From positions 49,166,001 to 49,230,000 of the forward strand of contig NC_042997.1 of assembly GCF_006345805.1 (NCBI RefSeq): a stretch of 64,000 nt of DNA, in the 5' to 3' direction. Position 1 is the first letter of the stretch; each line of letters begins with the position of its first letter. Under the pieces are notes generated by a model, which was given only the letters and a program-made list of their open reading frames with translations, was not told the origin of the DNA and made no database searches. The position numbers and the translations under genes are program-made. Source of the DNA: Octopus sinensis (taxonomy: Eukaryota). Of this stretch, positions 52,970-64,000 are shown piece by piece.

Positions 52970-55271
52970 TATATATGTGTACATATATAAGTGTGTGCAT
53001 GTATGTGTGTGTGTGTGTTTGCTAATACAATTGAAATAATTTGGTTTTATGAGGTGAGATCTAAAAGATATGATTTTCTTTGAACAGATGGATAGATGGA
53101 CGGGTGGACAGCTGGATGCCCTTCCTCCCACCAACCCTCAATGATTTCATAATAAGGTCACATTTACCCCAAGGGTAGGAATGGTTTTCAGAAATGACAC
53201 TGCATATATAACAGTGCCATTCGTCTTCTAACTATCAATTGATGTCATGACAAGGGATACCAATACACACACACACAAATTCCAGATCTTGTGTCTAATG
53301 TAGAAAGGATTTACTATTAAGACAGTAGTATGTGATTTGAGGGCTTGAGCCTGAATGGTAATTTGATGGTAGCAGTGGTGGTAATAATGGTAACAATAAA
53401 AATATATGAAACAAGTACAATAAGAAGCTACAGAATTATAGGTCCAACACAAGACAATGCTAGGCTTGATAGCCAACTTCTGAGTGTTTGGGTAACAGGG
53501 AAGATGGGATTTGAGAGTTGATGGGAGAAGAAGAGTGGAATAAGAAAAGACCATTTCTTCAACAATTTTTTAATCTTGTCATACTTTTCTGGGGTTTTTT
53601 TTTTTGTCATTGCTGTTTTTGTTGTTGCCATGGTGAGAATTCTTCTGAAGAGGAAATGTGAGTGAAGGAAACGGAAATAGGAAACAGAACATCTGTGAAA
53701 TAAATACATATATAACATGGTTATAGTCCACTCCAAAAAGAAAACAAAAAACAATAATAATAATAATCAACTATAAATATAAAAAAAAGAAACTAAACCC
53801 TTAAACCTTATTCCTACTTCATAATAACCAACAAAAACTACACAAGAAGTGTTTGTAGACAATCATAATGTAGCTACAAAAGAAGAATGAATATAGGATT
53901 TGAGGAAACTGCCAATTACCAGAAAGTAGAATTCTAAGGAGACAAATTATTATTTCAAAAACACTGTAAATATACCAAGTTGGATATTTCCTTGAAAACA
54001 AGACTAGAAATGTAGGTATGTGATATTTTTTTATGAACACCATCAGATCTGCTTTAAAATGCAAGTTATGGACAGTTACAAATATTGTAGCCACTGGCAT
54101 GGATGTGTGGTAAAAAAGTTTGCCTCAACTTCATGGTTCCAGGTTCAATTCCACTGCATGGCACCTTAGGTAAGAATCTTCTACTATAACCCCAGGCCAA
54201 CTAAAGCCTTGTGAGTGGATTTGGTAGAAGGAAACTGAAAGAAGCGCATCATGTATATGTGTGTACATGTGTATGTATGTATGTATGTATGTATGTATAT
54301 ATATATATAAATGAATGTTTTTATATATAATGAACGTGAAATACAGGAAGGGACGAACACGGAACACAGACAAATCATTCGAAGCCTTCAATCTTCAGTC
54401 AGACACCGAATCATCATAGCAAATTTCATATATATATATGTATGTACGTATATGTGTGTGTGTTTGTATGTATGTATCATTATGTTTGTTCCCTATCACC
54501 ACTAGACAACCATAACTTAACAATTCAGCATAAAACACCTATGGAACAAGTACTCAGCATAATAATAAAAAAGAAATAGTACTAGGGTCAATTCATTCAA
54601 ATAAAACTCTTCAAGGTAGTGCCCCAGCATGACCACAATCTAATGACAAAGACAAGTAAATGATATCAGATATAAAACAACACAAACATTACATAAATAC
54701 ATTATTCCAATGAATAAAATGTTTATAGTAGTGATGTAAGCACTGTTGCTACTGTTGCTGCTGGTGCTGGTGGCGGCAGTAGTGGAAAGCTATCTTTTGT
54801 TGTTGTTGTTTTTTATAAAACATGTTTCAAACAGTTTGTCACATACATGGCTTTTTTGTTGTATTCATGGCTTGTGCTTTTATATTTATAACTATCTCAA
54901 TGACCTTTGTCAGCTGTTATGTAGATAGATGGTCAATATAATGCTGGATTGTTAATTTATGGTCGTCTAGTGGGTGATAGGGAACAAACATACCGATACA
55001 TACATACAGTACCCGGATTGTAAACTTCCTGTTCAAGGTATAAATTTGGGTAAGATATTTTGTGTGTGTGTGTTTGTATAACACACACATACACACACGT
55101 GTACATGCATATCCACATGCAAACGCATATGCATTAGATATGAATTAAAGGAACGCAAACACACACACACTACAAACACGTTAATTATTTTTCTGAAGGA
55201 TGCACAATTTTTTGCAAAACTTAGTCATGGAAAAGCAGTATGTATCAAGCATATCATCATTATTATTAATG

Positions 55272-55321
<50 letters not shown>

Positions 55322-55690
55322 GGGGAGAAACAGAAAGATGTTTGTATGTATGCATGTACACAGACTTGAAATGGTGGATAGAAATTAAACTATTACAATA
55401 TTTTCTTATTTAATGAGGAAAATGAGAAAAGAGTATGAAATAATTAACTTTCAGAAAATATATTTTCATCAGTAGATCAGATGAAGTCACAATCATATTG
55501 TACATAACTCACTCTACATGTATCAGTGTATATATATCACCATCATCATCCGACGTCTACCTTCCATGAGTTGGACAGTTTGACAGGATCTGGCTGCGCA
55601 AAAGACTGCACCAAGCTTCAGTGTCTGTTTTGGCATGGTTTTTACAGCTGGATGCCCTTCCCAACACCAACCGCCCTATAGAGAGGACTG

Positions 55691-55887
55691 GCTGTCCAAG
55701 AATTTGGACCTGGAGATATCCATTTCCAGCGACTTTGCAGGCCACCTCTCAGTGGTGTCGGGCGTCAACGAAGAGCCCTCGACTACAAGACAACCAAAGT
55801 TTTTTTTTCCCAAGTTCTGGGGTCTCCCACCCCTAAGCCCTAGACCATCACCCTTGCCTGTCTTGTTGCTTAACAACGACAACAACA
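55691..55887 (+). mobile_element. Short 5'-truncated non-LTR insertion with (CAA)n tail, inside an RTE-tail copy
   Basis: 11-bp TSD AGAGAGGACTG at 55680-55690 and 55888-55898. Tail AACAACGACAACAACA. Confidence 0.8.
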
Positions 55888-56962
55888 AGAGAGGACTGTG
55901 TGCTTTTTATGTGGCACCAGCACAAGCAAAGGTCAGTTCTGGCATGGTTTTTACAGTAGGATGTTCTTCCAAATGCCAACCACTTTACAGAATAAGTACA
56001 AGGTAAAATTACAACCTGCTTTTCTAGCAAGTTGATGCAGGTAGTTTATCCTGTCCTCCTCTGACTTTTAGTTCAGGCAATTGAAAAAAAACTGCATTAT
56101 TTATGGGATAACCCAATAACTTGCAAGACAAAGATCCTTTAAGAGGGAAGAGGGCATTGGAGGAGGTGATCTTGTGCCAAATGATGGAAGGTTGGAGTGT
56201 GACAGAGAAATAGAAACACAACTAAGTTATGAGTGTATGTGCATATCATACACACACACACACACACACACACTGCTGAACACTCCTGTATGTAGATACC
56301 TCGTCATTTTAATGTTGACTTTCAGTGCTTGCATGGGTCACATGGATGATTTCATTGAGGAAGATAAAAATTTTTCAATATCTACTTTAATCTTTTTTGC
56401 TACAGCCCCAGGCTAACCAAAGCCTTGTGAAAGAATTCAGCAGACAGAAGCTGTAGAAGCCCATCTAGCATGTGTGTGTGTGTGTGTGAGTGTTTGTGTC
56501 TTCTGGTCTTGACATAAGGACAGTTGTAAATGAGTGTCACTGACATACGAACAGTGTCATCGTTTCCAATAGTCTGTAAAAACATGTCCAGCCCCTAGTG
56601 GGAAATATAAACAGGTAAGGTTCAGGAACAAGAAGGGCCCACACAAGTAAGCATGGAAAAGACATTAAAACAATGAAGATGGTAAAAGTGCTGATTTGCA
56701 TTTATGCAGAGTATATTAGCACATTAGGTTTCCCAGTAAATTTCTACCAAAGCCTTTCTCAATTCACTTTTATTCAATATGCTGCATGAGCCAAGCACAC
56801 ATATCTAACTAACCACTATGTAGTACTAATTTCAACTCACTAATCCTTGATCTCAGTTAATTTGTCTGTAGTCAGAGTCTGCAGACATAGAACCATATTT
56901 TTGTTGGGATGAATAATAGTTCTAACTCTACCTACATTTTGCACATATATGTACAAATATAT

Positions 56963-57134
56963 AGGCGAGGGAGTGGCTGTGTGGTAAGTAGCTTGCATAC
57001 CAACCACATGGTTCTGGGCTCAGTCCCACAGCGTGGCACCTTGGGCAAGTGTCTTCTACTATAGCCTCGGGCCAACCAAAGCCGTGTGAGTGGATTTGGT
57101 AGACAGAAACTAAAAGAAGCCCATCGTATATATG

Positions 57135-57177
<43 letters not shown>

Positions 57178-57524
57178 CAGGAAGCTTTATAAAAATAGAC
57201 AAAAGACGAAGGCAGGTGGGAAACAAACAAACAATTGTATTAGTATGGCGCTCAGGAAATATAAATAAAACAAGTCTTTAACGTTTCGAGCCTATGCTCT
57301 TCAACAGAAAGATACACTGTGTCTCTGTTTGTCCCCCCTCAAAATCGCTTGACAACCGATGCAAGTGTGTTTACATTCCTGTAACTTAGCGGTTCGGCAA
57401 AAGAGCCCGATAGAATAAGTACTATGCTTACAAAGAATAAGTCCCGGGTCGAGTTGCTCGACTAAAGGCGGTGCTCCAGCAAGGCCACAATCAAATGACT
57501 GAAACAAGTAAAAGAGTAAAAGAG
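56963..57524 (+). mobile_element. Family A SINE with a PLE-like fragment in its central microsatellite
   Basis: Family A halves flank the foreign segment 57176-57320. Confidence 0.88.
57275..57312 (-). ncRNA. Minimal type I hammerhead-like motif, A6U core variant
   Basis: UCUUU CUGUUGA A GAGC AUAG GCUC GAAAC GUU^AAAGA: 5-bp stem I, 4-bp stem II, palindromic ACGU stem III. Confidence 0.6.
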
Positions 57525-58062
57525 ATATATCTCAATATAATTCTCTCTTGCTTAACAGAAAGTCACAAGATCTTTTGAAGAAAATCAAAAATTTTAAACT
57601 ATTACCTTCATGTCATTTTTAAATATCTAAATGAAAAATGTAGTTTTAGCCTTAACTACTGAATATTGCATTTGTACATCCAGTCAAGAGACAGTATTCT
57701 GTTTACTTCATTTTAATTCACCTATAAATCACATGATTTATGTGAGAAATATAAAACTACAAGAAATGGTGTGAGCATAAACCACTGGATGTAAGTTACT
57801 TGCATTCAACTTTCTATTAGCAATATTCCTGATACAGCCTCCTTGTTCTATGGTATAAATTTCCTGTTTTAAAGAGAGCTGAAGTAAAACCTTCCATCAA
57901 ACTTTCATGTTATGTTCCAACCACCATCTTAAAAAAATTCTTCAAGTTTTTACATAATCAACTGAAACAAAGTACAGTTCTATATTTAAGAGATGAGGAA
58001 TTATGTACGTTATTTACATTATTTACATTTGGTGGATATTTCTCCTCATCTTGGTTGTTGTT

Positions 58063-58109
58063 AACAACAACGTTTCGGCTGATATACCCTCCAGCCTTCA
58101 TCAGGTGTC
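58063..58109 (-). ncRNA. Minimal type I hammerhead ribozyme (PLE type)
   Basis: GACAC CUGAUGA A GGCUGG AGGGUAUA UCAGCC GAAAC GUU^GUUGUU. Intact core, one extra base in the stem I 3' strand. Confidence 0.78.
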
Positions 58110-58312
58110 TTGGGGAAATTTCGAACCTGGGATGAAGTTAAAATAATAGACAGAGAACACCACTGGAAAATACAAAAACGAAAAGAAGCAGCACATATGC
58201 TAGGACACAAGCAGACCGAGAGCAGATATGAGCAGCATATGGGAACTGGTATTAAGGAAGGATAGGAAAATATTAGATTTATAAGCCCTAAAATTCACTC
58301 CATAATTGCCCA

Positions 58313-58388
58313 CAGGCATATGGCGTAGTGGTTAAGAGCGCGGGCTACTAACCCCAAGATTCCGAGTTCGATTCCAGGCAGTGACCTG
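58313..58388 (+). promoter_or_regulatory. tRNA-like cassette with Pol III A and B boxes inside the PLE 3' region
   Basis: A-box TGGCGTAGTGG (58321), anticodon-like arm GGG CTACTAA CCC, B-box AGTTCGATTCC, ends CAGG/CCTG. Stems are too imperfect for a functional tRNA. Confidence 0.75.
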
Positions 58389-58463
58389 AATAATAATAAT
58401 AATAATAACAACAACATCGAAAAATACCTTAGGAATGAGAACCCAGGTTCAAAATTTCCCCAA

Positions 58464-58509
58464 GACACCTGATGAAGGCTGGAGGGTATATCAGCTGAAA
58501 TGTTGTATT
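58464..58509 (+). ncRNA. Minimal type I hammerhead ribozyme, CpG-decayed copy
   Basis: GACAC CTGATGA A GGCTGG..TCAGCT GAAAT GTT GTATT. Confidence 0.65.
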
Positions 58510-60615
58510 AATAACAGCTAAGACGAGGACAAATATCCATCAATTGTAAATAATGTAAATAATGTACATGAAACAAAGTAGTCGTGGAGGTAGTGATGAT
58601 GACAATGGTAAAGATCGCAATTGACTGTATTTTCAATAGAAATACAATAACAAAAGAGTTTAAAACGTTTATAAGTATTCTAACTTAATCATTTAACATT
58701 TAAACAGGCCATATCTGGCCCAAATATTCTGTTTTGTGCTCAGTCAGATCCAGCCTCTCACACCTACCCTACAATGTCGTTCTAAAAGTAAACAATGATA
58801 TCATCAAAATCACTGAGCTACAAGATAATGCATGATTAACTCTTTAACATTTAAACCAGCCAAAATAATCCACCTGTTTTATCTTCAAACTGGCCAGATC
58901 TGGCCTCTCACACTTAACCTACAATGTTCTTCTGAAAATAAACAATCACATCACTGAAATCTCAAAGCTACAAGAGAATGCACGACCAATTCAAATCAAT
59001 GTGAATAAATAAGCATTACATTTGATAGAGAAATCTAAATGCAAAAAGGTTTGAAGAATTTCAGAGACTAATCCTCAGTTAAAATACATTGTGTTTTAAG
59101 TGAATGGATGATAGTTTAAGAATTCAGATACACAGAGTATCAAGCACAAAGAATCAGGTCAATTAATTATCCTAATTACCCAAAAGATAATAAAAATATA
59201 GTTGCTTGATCATATAAACCAGTTATAAAAAATTAACTGAGTGTCCTATCTCTCACCTTCAAATGTTTTAATTATTTATTTATGAGAGGGTATTCATATA
59301 TTGACGAAGGCCAGCAGGTGGGAATTCAAATAAATTACTTAGAAGTTTTCCGTGTATTTTACCTCTAAAAATTATTAAAGGAATGGAAAATTAATTTCTT
59401 GGATAAAGTGAATTTATTATTTATTGAGAGGGAGAGTACTACTACTTCGTCATCATCATCCATCTTTCATGTTGGCATGGGCTGGACGATTTTCCAAGAT
59501 CTAGTAAGCCAGAGAACTGTGCCAAGCTGCACTATCTGCTTTGGCATGGTTTTATGAGTGGATGCCCTTCCTAATACCAACTACTTTACAGAGTGGACTG
59601 GGTGCTTTTTTGCATGGCAACAGCACTGGCGAGGTCACCAAGTAACTTACATGAAAGGATACCTCAGCTGAGAGGAGGAGAACAGGTAAAGAAGGAGGTA
59701 GTTTTGTGTCCAGTGATGAGAGGTCAGAGTATGACAAAGGAACAGAGACAAGTATTTTGCCGTAGAGGAAATACATGGTTACTCCAATGAGAGAGAGAGA
59801 GAGAGAAATGTTGGTGATGTGCCTGGACATACTCTCAAGGTACAAGGATGTGAATATAAATGGAATGGTAGCAGATTTCCCAGGGTGTGTGAGTGGGGAG
59901 TTCATGAAAGTGCAAAATATAGAACATCATTGAAACATCAAGATTGATAACTGACTTCAAGAGTGGAAAGAATCCCACAGCCATGTACCTTGTCCAAAAA
60001 GACAATGCCTGCTCTAAGGTTTGGCTTCAGGAACACCAAATCAGGAAATTAGTATCTCAATATAATAGTTATCAGTATTTCATAACATACATTTTACTTA
60101 GTACAAACAGTAAAAGAAATCAATTCCTCTCACATTTTGAAGGTGGTACTCCAGTATGGCTTTGGTTATGGTAAACTATGCAACCTTATGGGGAAGAATG
60201 CAGGGTTTCTATTCTGTTCTTCCTCCCCTGCATCTGAACAAAGTGAACTATCCTTAGCCTTGGATCTCTGGTCCAAGGATCTCTGACATGGTAGGAGTCA
60301 TACCAATATTTAAGTACTTTTCTGGGATAGCCAAATTTTATTTATTTATTTACACACAAACAGACTGACAGACACAGACATATATGTATGTTATCATCCT
60401 TTTAAAATCAACTTCACAGTGTTTTCATAGTCAGATGAGATTCAGTGAGGCAGATCTTCTACAGTTGGATGCTTCTCCTATCACCAACCAGCATCTGTTT
60501 CCAAGCAACAGTATCCCCCTCCCCCACTAGTCTGGACATGTTCTTCAGAAGACTTGCAAATAAACATTACTTCTTGTAGGAATGTAAAGTTTGTTTACAG
60601 TACCTACACGATGTA

Positions 60616-61002
60616 GGCACAGGAGTGGCTGTGTGGTAAGTAGCTTGCTAACCAACCACATGGTTCCGGGTTCAGTCCCACTGCGTGGCATCTTGGGCAA
60701 GTGTCTTCTGCTATAGCCCCGAGCCGACCAATGCCTTGTGAGTGGATTTGGTAGACGGAAACTGAAAGAAGCCTGTCATATATATATATATGTGTGTGTG
60801 TTTGTGTGTCTGTGTTTGTCCCCTAGCATTGCTTGACAACCGATGCTGGTGTGTTTACATCTCCATCACTTAGTGATTCGGCAAAAGTGACCGATAGAAT
60901 AAGTACTGGGCTTACGAAGAATAAGTCCCGGGGTCGATTTGCTCGACTAAAGACGGTGTTCCAGCATGGCCACAGTCAAATGACTGAAACAAAGTAAAAG
61001 AG
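60616..61002 (+). mobile_element. Family A SINE, full length
   Basis: Consensus-like. Confidence 0.92.
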
Positions 61003-61434
61003 ATGTCAAGACAAGGGAAAAAAAAAACTGGAAATAGGCTTCTCGTGTGTGTGTGGCCTATTTTCAGTTTCTGGGTACCAAAATCACGCTTTGGTCGGTG
61101 GAGCCATCACTGTAGTAAAAGACACCTACCTAAAGTACCATGCAGTGGAACTAAACACAAAACCACATGGTTGGGAAGGAAACTTCTTAACCGTACTGCT
61201 AAGTCACACACACACACACACACACACACACATGCATATACAAAGGTCTGGTTTAGCTGTATCAGACACAAGTCTTATCTTCTTGTAAAAATGCCACAAC
61301 AATGAAAGAGGTTAAACTAACAGCTTGATTCACTCAGTTAAATGTTTTGAAGTACATTAAGCTTACAACTGTACGTCTCCCTTCCTCTCTCTCTCTCATC
61401 TTCTAACACCAGACATCTTCAACAATTTAAAACT

Positions 61435-61985
61435 TACTCTTTTACTAGTTTCAGTCATTTGACTGCGGCCATGCTGGAGCACCGCCTTTAGTCGAGCAAC
61501 TCGACCCCGGGACTTATTCTTTTTGTAAGCCCAGTCTCTTTTTGTCGAACCGCCAAGTGACGAGGACGCAAACACACCAGCATCGGTTGTCAAGCAATGC
61601 TAGGGGGACAAACACAGACACACAAACACACACATACATATATATATATATATGTATGTGTAATAATGCCCTCTATATATAAATTAATATGTTCAATAAG
61701 AAAGAATTATTTTCGAAATTTTTCTCTTATGAGGTTTTTCACGCTATCTACCTGATAATTTCTTGTTAAGATTCCTTATTAAGAAGTTATCCTTAATTGT
61801 TAAATAATTATATATATATATATGACAGGCTTCTTTCAGTTTCCGTCTACCAAATCCACTCACAAGGCATTGGTCGGCCCGGGGCTATAGCAGAAGACAC
61901 TTGCCCAAGGTGCCACGCAGTGGGACTGAACCCGGAACCATGTGGTTGGTTAGCAAGCTACTTACCACACAGCCACTCCTGCGCC
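61435..61985 (-). mobile_element. Family A SINE with a ~150-bp insert in its microsatellite
   Basis: rc halves are separated by the AT-rich segment 61660-61808. Confidence 0.88.
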
Positions 61986-62872
61986 TTGTTTTATAATTAT
62001 ATATATATATGTATGTATGTATAAAAGCTAGGACCATTCCTTTTTGCCTATCCTTCTGTTCTACCCTTCATGACCATCACACAGTATTCAAGGGAATTAA
62101 GTCACACTGACACAAGTGATTGAGACTATAGAGCAAAAAACATGATCCCTTTGTATATATCTTATATTGTTTGCTAGGATAAACTTACAACCTACAAATT
62201 AATGTCTTTGAAGCTTCTTCCCTTTCCTCCCTTAGACTAATATTTCACAAATTCAGCTACGGTGACACTTTGACTCGCCAGTAACATTAGATATAAGGCT
62301 GACTTTATTTGGTCATGTATCAAATATTATTCATATTCATTAGAATACAGTGTGTAAGTAAGTAAGTAAGTATGGAATTTTCATAACTTTATCCATTTTG
62401 CAATTTTAAGCATTTATAATTTTATACTTATGTGCACGTATGGTTGTGTGGATTAAGAAATATCTTTCCCAGCCACATGGGTTTGGGTTCAGTCTCACTG
62501 AACAGCACCTTGGGTAAATGTCTTCTACTATAGCCCCTGGCAGATCAAAGCTTTCTGAGTGGATTTGGTAGACAGTGTGTGCGTGTGAGAGAGTGAGTGA
62601 GTGAGTGAGTGTGAGTGGTACTGTTTTGTTGCCTTGACATCAAATAATAATTGTAAATGAATGTCACTAACATACAAGTGATGTCCTTTATATGCTGTCT
62701 TCTGTGTCTGGCATGGGGAAATATTGCCTTACTCGGAAACAGGTGAAGGTTAATGACAGGAAGAGCATCTGGTTGTAGAAGTTCCACCTCAATAAATTCC
62801 ATTTGAGCCATGCAAGCATAGAAAACTGCACTTTAAAACAATGATGATAATTGTAACTGTAAGTTAATTATT

Positions 62873-63098
62873 TTCTATTGCCCACAGGGGGCTAAACATA
62901 GAGGGGACAAACAAGGATAGACAAAGGGATTAAGTCGATTACATCAACCCCAGTGCATACTGATACTTATTTATCGAACCCCAAAAGGATGTAAGGCAAA
63001 GTCGACCTTGGTGGAATTTGAACTCAGAACGTAACAGCAGACAAAATACTGCTAAGCATTTTGCCTGGTGTGCTAACCACTCTGCCAGCTCGCCGCCC
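62873..63098 (-). mobile_element. Family C SINE
   Basis: ~18-bp TSD AACTG(T/C)AAGTTA(A/G)TTATT at 62855-62872 and 63099-63116. Confidence 0.88.
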
Positions 63099-63632
63099 AA
63101 CTGCAAGTTAGTTATTGCATAGAATACTTCATGGTATTGACCATACCTGATGGCATAAAAGATGCACAGGCATATCAGGTGCATCCCAATTTCTGCAGCA
63201 AGAAATCAGGAAAAAATGTTCTTAGTGAATTTCTATTTCTCTTACTGTTGTTGCAGATTCCCATGACTCTCTGCCACTGCCCAATTCCATTCTTATGAAT
63301 TTGAATTGGGAGCTTGAGTCATAGTGACTCTTTCATTAGCTGATTCCACAACCACAGATGCCACCCCTCCCCTATGGAAGCATTGTAGTTACTCTCTTGA
63401 TAGAGCTTGCTGATCTTGACCATTGATCTTCCAGGATTCTTCCACTCAGCACCAATGTAAGAAGCACTGTTGGCTCAGTTGAGCTCTTCCACTACCTCTT
63501 CACAATCTGCAGTCCCAAGATTTCACCACATCCCAGTGCCAGAGTGGCTGAAAGGGTGCTAGGCCTTGCCAAAGGGCAGCCCATAACTATGCAAGCACAG
63601 TAGGCACTCTATAAGGTATTTGTAAAATACCT

Positions 63633-63865
63633 ATTTCTTTACTATGCACAAGGAGCTAAACACAGAGGGGACAAACAAGGACAGACAGACGGATTAAGTC
63701 GATTATATCGACCCCAATGCGTAACTGGTCCCTAATTTATCAACCCCAAAAGGATGAAAGGCAAAGTCGACCTCGGCGGAATTTGAACTCAGAACGTAAC
63801 GACAGACAAAATACGGCTACACATTTCGCCCGGTGTGCTAATATTTCTGCCAGTTCGCTGCCTTT
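63633..63865 (-). mobile_element. Family C SINE
   Basis: TSD TAAAATACCT at 63623-63632 and 63866-63875. Confidence 0.88.
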
Positions 63866-64000
63866 TAAAATACCTGCATAGCTTGAGCATTAAGGCATGT
63901 AAATTAGGCATAACCTTACATATAGAACCAAGGTTGATTTTTTTTTTTTTTAAATATCTTTTTGGGGAAATAAACGTGCATTTTATACTGTGCCATGAAT

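Larger units (their letters stand above)
57975..58568 (+). mobile_element. 5'-truncated Penelope-like element with an inverted terminal repeat
   Basis: 12-bp TSD TGAAACAAAGTA (57963-57974, 58569-58580). Inverted arm 57975-58131 vs direct arm 58442-58568. 58128-58284 encodes WDEVKIIDREHHWKIQKRKEAAHML..., resembling a PLE GIY-YIG C-terminus (one frameshift). Confidence 0.85.

Noticed and set aside
58313-58388. Functional tRNA with anticodon ACT
   Set aside because: The acceptor, anticodon and T stems pair poorly and it lies inside a TSD-flanked element.
63180-63610. GC-richer stretch that looks exon-like
   Set aside because: There is no sustained ORF or recognisable motif; probably a decayed TE.

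Overview
AT-rich, repeat-dense animal genomic DNA. The SINE families suggest an octopus (inference, not tested). Nearly all ORF-track entries are microsatellite or repeat noise. I found one host coding segment: a 131-nt minus-strand exon (21688-21818) encoding the end of a laminin gamma LN domain. The ORF track misses it, and most or all of the window is probably intron of that gene. The rest is tRNA-derived SINEs (at least four families), CR1- and RTE-clade LINE 3' fragments, Tc1/mariner, pogo-, hAT-, piggyBac- and Merlin-like DNA elements, non-autonomous Helitrons and microsatellites. The most notable layer is several Penelope-like element (PLE) termini carrying minimal hammerhead-ribozyme motifs, often in inverted pairs. 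One is a TSD-flanked insertion (57975-58568) with a GIY-YIG C-terminus followed by a tRNA-like Pol III cassette and then the ribozyme. There is also a SINE whose tRNA-Lys head still carries a canonical pre-tRNA intron. All calls were made by eye, with no database searches.
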